Below are positions 12,904-26,196 of a stretch of DNA of 64,000 nucleotides, one piece after another (the stretch's first letter is position 1; the number at the start of each line of letters is the position of its first letter). Origin of the DNA: Octopus vulgaris. Its lineage: Eukaryota. The notes under the pieces were generated by a model. It saw only the letters and a program-made list of their open reading frames with translations, ran no database searches and was not told the DNA's origin. The stretch is from positions 65,968,001 to 66,032,000 of the forward strand of contig OX597823.1 in the NCBI GenBank assembly GCA_951406725.2. The letters run 5' to 3'. The translations under genes were made by a program, and so were the position numbers.

Positions 12904-14365
12904 ATTATTATTGAAGACGGCGCACACTATACAATATTGTATAAAGATATTGTGTGTGCAGAAGTTTTGTACAGTCAGTCAAGTCACTACAAGGACCTGA
13001 GATAGACAACATTTTTACCTAGTGTGCATGCATTTCAAGGTAAAGCTGGTTATTGCAATGCACCAAAGCTGTCCACATGTTTCTTAAGGTTGGGTGTAAT
13101 CCCATGCGAAGTAGAGATCCTACTTTCTTGTTAGCTATTCGTAATCGGAATTCGTTAGCAGTTTCAACTCCATTGTAAATAAATATTTCTGCGTAAGCAG
13201 CCTTCTGTAGCAGGTCATGTTCGCGGTTAGCCAAAATACAAAGTCAATTTACTTTTTCACCGTCGATGAACGTCCGTATGCAAATCAGACAGAACTTCCG
13301 TATGCAAATCAGACATAGAGATAAGAGGTTCAAATAAAATAGTAAGAGGCATTTCTTTCGATTGATTACACTTTCAGTTCAAATCCTGCCGAAAAAAAGC
13401 TTTTTCTTCCATCCGTTCGGGTAAGTACCAGTCGATTACTTTCTGGCCTTGTGTCAATATTCGAATGCTTCATTATTTTCACCAGTAAAATGTATTTTGG
13501 TTTCTAGCAGCACATTGTTCCTCAGCTCTATGCGTACAGCTCTATTGACAATGATTATATATATTCCGAGAGTATATTAATCTATATATATATACAAAAA
13601 AAAAAAAGAAATACAGCATGGATTTCTGAAGCAGATTAACTGGATACCATCGAAAAAGTTGGTATCCTGTCGCTGTTCGATTTTTCTATAAATCGTATTA
13701 TCTATACTTTCGTGTACTCCAGCGTTAATCACATCAGTGTAATTTTTTGTTACACATTTATATTGACAGTGACTTATATATGCACCATGTTTGCGAAGAG
13801 AAAATACAACTACTAAACTGTCGCATAGTTGCATAGTTGCATTATGTAGAAGGAAATAGCTAAAGTCATATGTAGATTTAAAATGCAAGCTCTGTTTGGC
13901 GCCGTTGTTATGAGAAATGAGAGTAAAATATATTAATAAAGAAATGGAGTCTTTGATAATTATCTGTAAATCTATCCTGCAACATATATTAATAATACTA
14001 CAACAGCACTAAACAATATGTAGATATGAAACGTCAATAAAAAAAGAATCTTACAATATATGTATGAATATATATGTATATATATATATATATATATATA
14101 CCTATTCTATATGTATGTATTTATATATGTATATATGTATATAGGGTACATTGCATTTATGATCTTAAATATACCCAGATTTTGTACAGAAAATAATTTA
14201 TTTAGTAGAAAGTGTTTCGTCTTATGTATGTGTATATATATATAAATATGTCTTTGCGTGTGTGTGTGTATGTGTGTGTGTGCATATATATATATTGATT
14301 GATTGATTCTAGTTTCAGCTTACGAGCTGTGGCCATGCTGGGGCACCGCCATTTAAATATATATC

Positions 14366-15896
14366 TATACTTTATCAAAAAAGTTGCAAAAATACCAAAA
14401 ACTGTTGCTTAGTGTATCACGTCCCCGTTCGTGGGACAGTTTTGTTTAGAATGGAACAAAATAAGGTTATATGCATAAATGTACAATCACTTTGCTAGAT
14501 ACACATTTGAAAATTGTTTTGTTTGATTGGTCCTTTAACTAACGATCTTTTCACTAACTGGTTGTATGAAATTACAATTGTGGAAAATGTTGACTGTCGC
14601 ATTTGAATTTGGCTTTACACATTATATATTGTTATTTTGTATTGCAATGCCTTTAAATATTTCGACTTCACATTTTTTTTTATTTTACATCCGACTTTTA
14701 AGAAAGCATTCGATTGTTTTACAAATTTAAACTTATGTTTCGCCGAGGTTTATTTTTTACTCATTCTTACACATTTTCTATATATTATAAATTTTATATT
14801 TTTAAATTTATATATTTAGTGTATATTACATTTAATTATGTTATATTAATCTATTGTACAATTTTCCTTATTTTAATATACTATATACCGGACAGTTTTT
14901 TGTAATTTGTTTGTATGGGTATATACGTTATGGTGTATATATTTATCTCGATATGAAGATATGTCTATATATATATATATATTGTTGGCATCCTTTTTGT
15001 TTCGGGAGACAATGGTATATATATATACGTATGTATTTATTTGTATATTTGCATGCGTGTCTATACGTGTGTGTATTTGTATGTATATTTTTATTTATAT
15101 AGATATGCATGTCGTTTTACGTGTGTACGTTTGCAAGCTGAATGAAGTATCTAACATTCGTTAGATACTTTTTAGGAACGCCAACTTTCAAATCATTTAA
15201 ACCCCCTATCGCTATTTTTGTCTTTCATTTTTCTAATTTCATGTTTCTTTTCTCTTTCTCCCACCACTTGTTATTCTCTGATTTTCTTTTCGTTTTCTTT
15301 CTCTCTCCTGTAACAACTAAGTTGTTAAAGCATACACAAGGAGATATTACGTGCATGCATGTGCGCACGTAGATACATATATATGTATATGCATTTGTAT
15401 ATATTTCTATTTTGCCTGTATTTGTATATGTATGTTGCCATGTACCAACACCTGTGTGTTTAGTGTATAATGTATATATAGGTTGTTTGGTATGTGTATG
15501 TATTGCTAAATGCATATGTATTTTATGGTGAAAGGTTTTAAACGGACACAACTTTCAATTTACTTACATTTCTTATTATTTTTTTACCACTAATTATTTT
15601 CCCTGGGTATTCAGGTACTTTTTCTTTCTAGATAAGCTATTTTTGATTTAATGTTTTCTTCGATTTTATAATAATACGATTTTAAACCACAACTGAAATT
15701 TCATGCAGCCGGTTATAGACGAAAAAGGACCAATGAAACAAAACCATTTTTACATGTGCATCTCTCAAAGTAATTGTATATTTATGTATATAAACGTATT
15801 TTGTTCTATTGTAAATAAAACTGCCCAACGAATTGGTACGTAAAACTCTGAGTAACAGCCTTAGTGATATTTATGCTGCCTTTTTAATAAAGTATA
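14366..15896. repeat. Diverged ~170-bp inverted repeats (14366-14536 / 15723-15896), each with a decayed hammerhead
   Basis: tatactttat.aaaa...ctgtt.ct.ag.gt.t.acgt.cc..ttcgt.gg.cagtttt.ttta.aat.gaacaaaata... is found in both orientations. Confidence 0.7.
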
Positions 15897-15962
15897 TTCT
15901 TCTACCCCCGGTAATCTAGTACAATTTTTTCCAATTGTTTTGTATTTGTATGCTTATACTGG

Positions 15963-16024
<62 letters not shown>

Positions 16025-16342
16025 TATACATATATATATATACATATATATAGATACATATTCATAAATGCATACATACATACAAACATACAGACAGCCA
16101 GACATGGAGAATGTATTACTGGCTGTACATCATACTACTGGGCCATTGTTCACTACTGTAAAGAGACATTTGTTTCAAAAAAGCAGAATTGTGGTTTCGT
16201 ATGAATAAGAACTATCAGAAATATATTTTCTATCAGTGGTGCTTTTCAATCGTTCCTGTTGTAATTTTGGTGAGTTGAATCTCTGCTATAGTCGGAGAGA
16301 GGCGTAGATATGTATAAGGAGACCTATGCATGTACAGTTCCG

Positions 16343-18008
16343 CTTACTTAGCTTTCATAGAAGCACGCCTATGTGCGTTCGTAAGACGCTTGATGTGTGA
16401 TTAAAATAATTTACATAATCTGATTCTAACACATGTAAATACCTAAACTGATACACGCATGCAAATACGTATTATATTATGCATATCAATGTATGTATTT
16501 CATTGAAAATATTTTACAATACTGTATTCCCCTCACCTGTGACACTAATATCTTTCTTTGAACTACGTATCATGCCCCAAATGAAGCATCATATCACATG
16601 TATATTGTATCGTGGTAAAGAAAGATTACTATAGTTAATAGCTTTATTGACCAGTTCAAAATACATATAAAACCATTGAACGTTTATCTATTTTGTACAG
16701 TTTTGAATATGTAACAGAACATAAATTTCGATTTGTTGAGAACTTTTCCTGTCTTTAGTTATTTGCAGCAAGATGTTATACAGATGGAAGACATTTTAAT
16801 TCAGTGCTATTTTGATCGAAGTCGAAATATATGTATGAATTCCATATACTTTTAAGAAAAATAATATAAAACTACAGAAATCCAACTAAATATGTGTATA
16901 TCTCTTAATACTCTTAATAGCATTTCTAACAAATTGAATACCTTAATTTATTAAAACGATAGAAATATTTCACTGTTTATTCTTATCAGTAACTATAAGC
17001 GTTAAGATTAAGCGAACGGAAGAAACGGTTGACAGTCAGGAAATATGTGCTACAGCATTCGTTTACCTCCCTAAACGTTCTTTGCTCTAAACATATCTTG
17101 CATTTTTTAACTGAGGTCGATAAAATAAGTGCTAATAATGTACGGAAGCTGAATCAGTTCCCTAAACCTTTTCCTTTACAAAGGCAAGACAGTTAACGAA
17201 TTTCATCAACACTTCATATATTTCTTCTCTACCCACAAGGGGCTAAACATAGAGAGGACAAACAAGGACAGACAAACGGATTAAGTTGATTATATCGACC
17301 CCAGTGCGTAACTGGCACTTATTTAATCGACACCGAAAGGATGAAAGTCAAAGTCGACCTCGGCGGAATTTGAACTCAGAACGTAACGACAGACGAAATA
17401 CCGCTAAGTATTTCGCCCGGCGTGCTAACATTTCTGCCAACTCGCCGCCTTTTTCATCAACACTTTATAGAACGTGTCGTAGAATTGTAGATTTCATTAT
17501 CTGACAATAATGCCTGTTAATTGATGATTTTTCATTCATTACTTTTAGAATCTACATGTTTTGAATATAGAGGAATTTGTTATTATTTAGTCCTAAATTT
17601 GCTCAGTTTGAGCAATAAAAATTAAAGACACACAAGATATTTCTGTTAGATGTTAGTTTCATTAAAAGTGTCTATCAGAGACGAATATTTTTGAAATGCG
17701 ACCTAGGCGTATTGCATTGGCTATCCCTACCATCCCTATCCAGTTCTACTATCCTACTTCATTCACTTCGTACTTTACACAGTTTTTCTCTCGGCTTTAC
17801 CTCTCACTCTGAATATTATCCCCAGAATTTCTTCTTACTTGCGCACTACCTAATCGGCAACACCACTCAACCTCTACACAGTTCAGATGTTGGGAAAGCG
17901 TTTCATGTCACTAAATTTTCCTCTTCTGTGTCAATTGCACTTACTTAACTTTCATAGAAGCACGCTTGATGTGTGATTAAAAGAATCCACATAATCTGAT
18001 TCTAACAC
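16343..18008 (+). repeat. Dispersed direct repeat (16343-16430 / 17940-18008)
   Basis: cttactta.ctttcatagaagcacgc...ttgatgtgtgattaaaa.aat..acataatctgattctaacac. The second copy lacks about 22 bp between two acgc microhomologies. Confidence 0.75.
17219..17451 (-). mobile_element. tRNA-related SINE with Meta/MESC-like central domain and 18-bp TSD
   Basis: Reverse complement has B box gagttcaaattcc followed by gccgaggtcgactttgactttcatcctttcggtgtcgattaaataagtgccag. TSD tttcatcaacactt(c/t)ata at 17201-17218 and 17452-17469. Confidence 0.85.
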
Positions 18009-18660
18009 GTTGAAAGGGAATGTAGATGCTTCACTAATACAATTTGAAGGAAATAGCCGTTAATGTCCGTTAACCGAAAACTTTTATTACTGGTATTCCA
18101 GTGAATTAGAGTGTGTTGCAAATAGGCTCTTAACGTACAGCAGTTTTAATCCGAAAAATTCTGGTAACCTAAAAATCTTATACATATATATATATAAAAA
18201 ATGAGAATTTCATATGCTCTAATAGTTATTTTCAATAAATTATTGGATAAAACAATTATCAGGAAAATCGAAATTCATAATTCTATAGTCGGAATTCCTG
18301 TTGAAATAAAGAAAATAATGTTATAATGGACATTTTTTTAATTAAAAAAAATATATTGATTTCTATTTTAGTGTTTCAAAAGACAGACGTTTATAAAATC
18401 AAGAATTAGCAGAAAACACATTTAAAAACCAACAATGAAAATAATAAAAATATAATAAAAAGATGAATGCACATTCCAATTCACATCTGAGTGGTTCATC
18501 AAGCAGGAGTAAAAGTATGTCTCAGATTTATTTTTGTTTTTATTTTTTGTTTTTTTTTTGTGTGTGAAAATGGCTATATTACAAATATGGAGAGTGACAG
18601 TGAGACGAAAGAGAATATGTACGTATGTATATGTGTATACACATATGTATGCAAACATCT

Positions 18661-18661
18661 G

Positions 18662-18743
<82 letters not shown>
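18661..18743. repeat. (ATCT)n microsatellite
   Basis: About 20 perfect tetranucleotide units. Confidence 0.95.
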
Positions 18744-19355
18744 GCCGTATAAATGTAATTAATGTGACTGTATCAAGTAATTTTTACAAAAGCTTTTAAA
18801 TATACATATATTTGTATTTGTGTGTGTGTGTGTGCTTGCGCGCGTGTATGTGTGTGTGTATGTGTGCGCGCGCGCACACACACACACACACAAACACACA
18901 CATATGCATATATAATTAGGGGCTGGTGTATATATGCATGTAGGAGTGTATGCCTAGGCAGAGAGCGTGAACGAGAGAGGGGTAGACAAACAGATATAGT
19001 AGAAGGATAGGCTGGCACAGAACTCGAAGATGAAGAGACAAAGTTACAAAGAAAAAACGATAGTAGAATATGTTGAAAATATGATAAGGAAAATAAAGAA
19101 ATAAATACCGGCAACATTTAGAGATACACCCCCAGTTAATTTTATGCATTGAATTGCAAAAGGCCTAATTTATAAAATATTTGGCCCGGTTAAGTTGGTA
19201 TTTTCGAATGAGTTTGTCCAGATTTAAGACAATGATTTTATTTGTGAGGTAGATTAGGCTGTTATTCCAAACACCTACAGTGATTAGATATAGGAGTCGT
19301 CTAAAACTCTAGACGGTGTCCTAATCAGTCGAAGAGTAAATGTTTCGCATTAGAT

Positions 19356-19890
19356 TTCTTCTTCTTCTTCTCTTCTTCTTCTTCTTCTTCTTCTTCTTCT
19401 TCTTCTTCTTCTTCTTCTTCTTCTTCTTCTTCTTCTTCTTCTTCTTCTCCTCCTCCTTCTTCTTCTTCTTCTCCTCCTCCTTCTTCTTCTTCTTCTTCTT
19501 CTTCTTCTTCACCTTTCTCGCACTTCTTGTCGTCCACTTTATTTTCTCTATTATTACTTTTCTTCGTTTTTCTCCATCGTTTCCTTTCTACCGCTCTCTT
19601 TTTCCTTTTTCTTCTATTTCTTCCTATTTCCTTCCTCTTCTTCTTTTTCTTCTCTTCTTCTTCTTCTTTTTCTCTTCTTCTTCTTTATTTTCCTCTTCTT
19701 CTTCTTCTTCTTCTTCTTCTTCTTCTTCTTCTTCTTCTTCTTCTTCAACTTTCTCTCACTTCACGTCGTCCACTTTATTTTCTCTATTATTATTTTCTTC
19801 GTTTTTCTTCCTTTCTCTCCTCTCTTTTTCCTTTTATTCTATTTATTCATGTTTTTCTTCTTCTTTTTTTCTCCTTCTTCTTCTTCTTTA
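19356..19890. repeat. (CTT)n/polypyrimidine tract with internal ~40-bp duplication
   Basis: Long (CTT)n runs. tcgtccactttattttctctattatta.tttct occurs at about 19530 and 19767. Confidence 0.9.
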
Positions 19891-20377
19891 CATGGCTTGT
19901 GTATCGTGAATAATGTTTTAGAAGTTACGTGCATGTGGAGGATAAATAGCTGTTATAGCAAGCAGAACGAATGAGCAAGCAGATGCTAAAATCAATGGCT
20001 TGTTTCAGTGAGTGTAGCGATTTTGCGCAGGTGAAGATCAAACGCACAATGTACTCTTTCAATACACAAAAAGCTACAGCACACAATTTTGAAAAATCAG
20101 TTGAAAATTTAAAGATTGTTTGTCTGAAGGAGAATATATTTCTTAAATTATTATTTATATAAATAATGGAGGAGTAGATAACAAACTAGATGTATTCATA
20201 TTTTCTTTTACGAATGCAAACAACTAGCAGCAACAAGGAAGAAAGGCATTTTAGCAATAAATGTAATAAAATATAATGGCATAAACCACGTAAAGAATTC
20301 GAAGTTATATCAAAATATGTTACTAACAAAAAATGCATTAATAGATTTTTTATCCTCTCCTTACACATAACAGTATA

Positions 20378-20413
<36 letters not shown>

Positions 20414-21069
20414 TGTATGTATGTATGTATGTATGTATGTATGTATGTATTGATATATATGTGAATGCACATATATATATGCATAGATGAATATGTGTGT
20501 GTATACATGTATATATACATACGTACATAGGCACACACACACACATACACATATATATATTTTTTTTTGCATTGATATAGATACGTTGGCCTGAATACAC
20601 ATGCACATACTTATAAGCACACATAGAAACAGACATGCATATACGTATATTCGTGTGCGTGCATTGAAATTACATAATTTGGGAGAAGTAATTCGGTAAA
20701 AGATTACAGTTTGTTTAGAAAGTTATATATTTTCCACAGCATATTGAACTTATGATGAACATATCTGTATACAAAAGGTTTTTATAAAATTAGATATCAT
20801 TTATCCATATGTATATTCAGTTTCTAGGAGGTAATTCTGAATTGAAGACGAAAAAAGAACTGGGTACTTTCGGGTACTCCTTCTTATACGAAGGAGCTTA
20901 AATATAAAAACAGGATTTTGTGTGCACATGTTGCCCTATAGTGTAGTTGAGTGTATGTGTGCTAGTTGTGTCATACTAACACACTGCCCACACTTGAAAA
21001 TGACAGGCACGTTTAAATTGTTTGCATTTGTCCGCATATAAAGTATATGTATGTGTGTGTGTATACATT

Positions 21070-21103
<34 letters not shown>

Positions 21104-21165
21104 TATATATATATAGTAAAATGGCTGATTCAGTATATATATACATATATATGAACATATATATA

Positions 21166-21199
<34 letters not shown>

Positions 21200-21397
21200 C
21201 ACGCATATATTATGCATACATTATACGTACATGTGTAACACACATGTAACAAAAGAAGAACGTGAATTTTATTATTTTGGGGGTATTATTTCTTCTCCAT
21301 TAAACATGTTTCGTTCGCTAGTAGTAATTAAAATTATTTATATGTCTATATAAGATGTAAAGAATTTACTATTTGTAATTCATTAGTTAGACACACA

Positions 21398-21577
21398 ACA
21401 GCAACTGTGGTTACATATTGATTGCAAGAATGGAACTAGCAGATGTGATTCAAGAGGTTAACAGCTGGGATTTACCCTAATTAACTCTATATATGTGTGC
21501 GTGTGCATATATGTGTATGTGTGTGTTTGTGTGCCTGTGTATGTATACACATATGTATATGTGTATGTATGAATATA

Positions 21578-21668
<91 letters not shown>

Positions 21669-22768
21669 GTCATTACTCAGTTTTATTTCAAGAGTTCTTG
21701 CCAACAGAGAAGGAGCCACTTTCTAACTTAGATCCAAGATTCCTTCATTGGAATTTAAACATTAAAAGCAGAGTATCTTTGTTTGTATATATGTAAGTAT
21801 GTATGTATATATACAGATTTGCATGTTTTGTTTTATTTATGTATTCTTATGCATATATATGTGCATATGCACGTATGTATGTATCTATATATGTACGTAC
21901 GTATACATATAATGACTTAAGAGAAAGATTTGAAGTTTCCAGTGGTAAGTAGGTGAATGACATAGACAAATCACTGTACTTTTAAATAATTTTCAAAATA
22001 AATATGATTTATTAGAGTTATTTCCGTCTATATGTAGAGTTGTTTTTTGAAATATTGAAGTATTTCCTAGCGACATGGACCTACGTTGATTGATGACGTA
22101 TATCACCGATTATATTGATGCTCAGTATTTTTCTGATAGATATTTATTTATTCAAGAAGCATGAAATGTAAATTACTGCATCAAAACAACAGAGGTTTGG
22201 ATTCTTAAATAGATATGAAATAGAACGTATTCGTCTGGGGGTTACTGATTATTTTCTCACCTACATTTCTAGATATCATAACACAATATAATGTAACATA
22301 TGCCTAGATGCATTACAAATTTGGGCCAATAAAATTCCATTTCGTATAATTTTACTGTTTGTCTGCATGTGCCCCTAAAATATCTGAGCCACGATCAAAC
22401 AAGATTTAGTATCCTATATAACTTTTGTACGTGCAGGGGTACAAAGTTCCATGTGTCCCTGGACTAGGGAGAACGATTCCGTTTCTATTTTTTGTATGAT
22501 ATCAATAAAATTATACCGTCAAAATGAATCAGCCAGTTGATACTATGAACATTGATTTTGATATATTTTGAAGTGAAGGTTAATGGATGATCAATATGTA
22601 AAATATTTCCAATTTAATTTCAATGTTAATAATGCCTGCCGTGAAAAACGTCAGATGTAATTCGTCAGATAAGCACCCAACAGCAAATGTGGCTACATAT
22701 TGATTTTAAGAATGGAATAAGCAGGTCTGCTTCAAGAGGAAAACAGGTGGGATTTACCCTAACTAATT
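21398..22768 (+). repeat. Dispersed ~90-bp direct repeat (21398-21486 / 22680-22768)
   Basis: acagcaa.tgtgg.tacatattgatt..aagaatggaa..agcag.t..g.ttcaagagg..aacag.tgggatttaccctaa.taa in both copies. Confidence 0.75.
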
Positions 22769-22875
22769 AAATTTATATAAGTATATCTGTGTGTGTGTAG
22801 GCGTGTGCGTGTGTAGGATAGTTGAAATATATGTGTGTGTACATACATACATATCTTTTATCTATCAACAATTCC

Positions 22876-23030
22876 TTCTTTCAGCTATTAGACCATGGCC
22901 ATGCTGAGGCGCCATCTTCAAGAATTGGAGTTGCATTTAGGCCTGGTACTAATTCATTCGGTCAGTTGTCGAAGCGTAAATTATGGGGACGTGAACACAC
23001 CAGCGCCTGTGGCAAGTGATGGTGGGGCCT
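22876..23030 (-). mobile_element. Degenerate SINE 3' part (family of 47920-48296; further pieces at 14310-14350 and 33622-33790)
   Basis: Shared ggccatgctg(g/a)ggc.cc...ttatggggacgt.aacacacc...g.caag.gatggtggg. Confidence 0.55.
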
Positions 23031-24062
23031 CACACACATACACGAAAACTCTGTATTTTTAACCACTAGGCGTGACAGATATTTTCTGCGTTTAGCGGAG
23101 CGGTATCAACCTTCAGGTTGTACCCTGCGAAATTTATAGGTTTAGCGTTTGACCTGTTCATTTAGGTTTCTAAACGAACAGAAACATCTACTTAAAATCA
23201 ACACGTATCAGCTTACTGTTTCTGTTATCTCTTCATTGATTGTAATTTTTTATTATGTTTTATAACTTGTTATATAAATATATTTGTCTGCATGTGTTTA
23301 CTTTATGCGTATTTTTGTTTTATATATATCTGTCATGTATTTCGGTACACAATTAGTATATAAGTGCGCGTGTGTGTGTGTCTGTCTGTATGTGTGAAAA
23401 AGGGGCGTCTATCTCCAAAACTCCAAATTTGAGTAACGTTTTCATGCTTGGATTTGTAAACTACGATAAGAATAACACTTGTCAACAAAGAATTTGTCCC
23501 AAGGAAAACATATCTGTATCTCATATTTTTGTATGCAGAATTCAAAAATAATGTATAATTATCTGTATCGCCCACACTTTCTGTTGAAATGTGAAGCTAA
23601 CAGTTTAAGAAATACTACTAAATCCAGCTATATGAGTCAATTATTCCCAAAAATGTATGAAAAGGAAAATATGTAAAAATACTAACACACAAAAGCACAG
23701 AAAATATGTAATGTACTAGCGCACATAAAAATTAAAACAAAACACGCGGGTGTAAAGAATCTTGTGATGTGAAGAATCAAGTGTGAAATATCAACATAGA
23801 CAACAGAGGCACAGACAACATTGAACCAAACACAGTGTGCATTTGTCATGGTAACAAGCTGCTATTGCTACGCTGTCAGTTGATTGGCTAACATTACACA
23901 AATTTCCCAATTTCAATTCCAAATAACGTCAGATTCTTTAATCTATGAGATAAAGTAATTGGGTGATCGTAATCAAAATTCAGAGTTGCATTATTAGACC
24001 AAAATTGAAAGCAATCTGAACAAAGTAAAAGGGGGCTCATTATGCGAATGCGAAAAACTAGA

Positions 24063-24100
<38 letters not shown>

Positions 24101-24372
24101 GTGTGTGTGTATGTGTACATATGTATGCATGTATGCATGTGTATATATACATATATGTATATGTATCTGTATATGTATGTGCAAGTGTGTATGTGTGTGT
24201 GTATTTATTTGTAAGTGAAATGACAAGCGTTATTTTAGTGAAATCACGCATGATCGTTGATATTTGAAATCCACGAGTTAATTGGAAGTAGGAATAAACT
24301 GAAACTAATGCTTAAATACTGTACAGCTTTAGTGTTTAAACAAAAGATGGATCTTTTTATCTCACCTTTATT

Positions 24373-25109
24373 GAAAACCTTCTCTAATTAACTCCATTAT
24401 TATATTCATACCTTATCAAAATGATTTTATATTAAAACGAATATTCACATGTCTGTACATATGCATAAAAATACATGAATTCTGGTCGGAAATTGTATAT
24501 GTAAAAATAAGATGTTTTTAGAAAATTCATGGTATGTAGCATTATTTCTTTGATATCATAATCAGGCTACAAGCTATGGAATCGTTTATAATATTGACTT
24601 CTAATGTTGGTAGAAAGCCAGCAATTTTGGTGGAGGGGGAAAGTCAATTACTGGTATTTTACGGGTACTTATTTAAGCAAAGTGGACTTCATCGAAATTT
24701 GAACTCAGAACATAAAGACGGACGAAATGCTGCTGAGCATTCCACTCGGCCTGCTAACGATTCTACCAGCTTGCCGCCTTAGAATAGTTTATAATATAAT
24801 TAGCTTTTAGTACAACAACTGCCTACATTTCAAAAGCATAGGAACTATTGATTTAATTTATCCCTGAGAAAAATGACAAGCATTTATGTTATCGATACCA
24901 CGTATGATTTTTGATAACGAAAACCCACTTGTTGATCGAACGCAGAAATGAAGGAACTGACGCTGTAATATGTAAATGCTTTATAACTTCAGTGGTTAGA
25001 AAAAAAGGGCTGGCTTATCTCAACTATCTTCAAAACCTTCATTAATTAACTCCATTATTATTCTCGTACCTTATTAAAATGATATTATTTCAAAATAAAT
25101 ATTCACATT
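24373..25109 (+). repeat. ~78-bp direct repeat (24373-24449 / 25032-25109)
   Basis: aaaaccttc..taattaactccattattat...c.taccttat.aaaatgat.tt.t...aaaa..aatattcacat. Confidence 0.7.
24595..24781 (-). mobile_element. SINE (family of 17219-17451) with 16-bp TSD
   Basis: gaaatttgaactcagaacataaagacggacgaaat...gctaacgattctaccagcttgccgcctt. TSD gaat(c/a)gtttataatat at 24579-24594 and 24782-24797. Confidence 0.75.
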
Positions 25110-26148
25110 TTTATAAATGCATCCAGAAAAGAAATCAGAAAACAAAACAAAACATATAAAAATATCAATTAAAACTAACAAAAACATGTATAACACTTTT
25201 CCAGCAATAAATATCATTATCGATATCGTTTATCACCATCTCGAGGAAAAGAAAGTCGAATTACGGGAAATTAAAACATCAACCAATCATGGATGACTTT
25301 ATATTTGTTAGAGATCTTTTTCATTTCCTTTCGTTCTCCTTCTCTTTCACCCTGTTCTACACAACATATCTGTTTCCTTCCTTGTCTCTCTTTTCCTCTC
25401 TCTAACTTTATACACACAACCTCTCATATTTCTTCGTTGCTGTCTTTTTTGTTTAAAGATTTAATAAACCGACCTGAAGTCATAATCATAAAGGAAGTAA
25501 TGAATATTGACAAGAAAGATCAAAGTCTTTGTTAATCTTCGACTCGAAGCATTAAAAATGATGGCTAAAATATTGCAATCTGAATTAAGAATGTTAATCA
25601 TACTCCTATCATAATGTAGTTTGAAACAGAAGCAAAATGAAAAAAGACAAAACAAAAACAAACAACCTAAATTTAAATATATTTGCCAACTAAGATCGAA
25701 GCAGATGCACATGGGAAGAAAGAAAACAAAGTGGTGTTAACAGAGGTTCTTTCAGATAACGTGTTTACATTCAGTCACGCATAAATTCCGATGGTTGTAG
25801 AACTGACATCCAAAAAGAGCCACACAAAATATATCTTCTAACATATCTTATGAATATCTTTCATCACTGCCTAATATGGCATCGCGCTGCATATAACAGT
25901 TTAATATGCCTAAGCATATATTGTATATCCACCTAATCAACATTCACTCCGTGTATTTGCATATATCAATATGCAAACGCACACACCCAAAGTAGTATTC
26001 ATGTACACTTGCATGCTTCTAATCATAAAACACAATACACGTTATGTATTTACATATGTTATACATGTCTGTGTCTGTGTGTGTACTCAAGCGTATATAT
26101 ATACGCATGTATATGTGTATGTATGTATATATACATATATATATATAC

Positions 26149-26196
<48 letters not shown>

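Noticed and set aside
13019-13234. 71-aa minus-strand ORF as a host exon
   Set aside because: No recognisable domain and no convincing splice acceptor.
13268-13316. 24-bp tandem duplication gaac.tccgtatgcaaatcagaca containing an ATGCAAAT octamer
   Set aside because: A simple local duplication. An octamer motif alone is insufficient evidence of a regulatory element.
19280-19350. Hairpin tagga-gtcgtcta/tagacgg-tgtccta with CTGATTAG on the minus strand
   Set aside because: GAAA is replaced by TATA and stem I cannot be formed, so it is too degenerate to call a ribozyme.
20860-22670. Further partial hammerhead-like strings (20860-20900, 21705-21755, 22590-22670; also 7420, 45845-45915, 61633)
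   Set aside because: Only one core box or no consistent stems. Such strings are expected by chance or cannot be resolved by eye.
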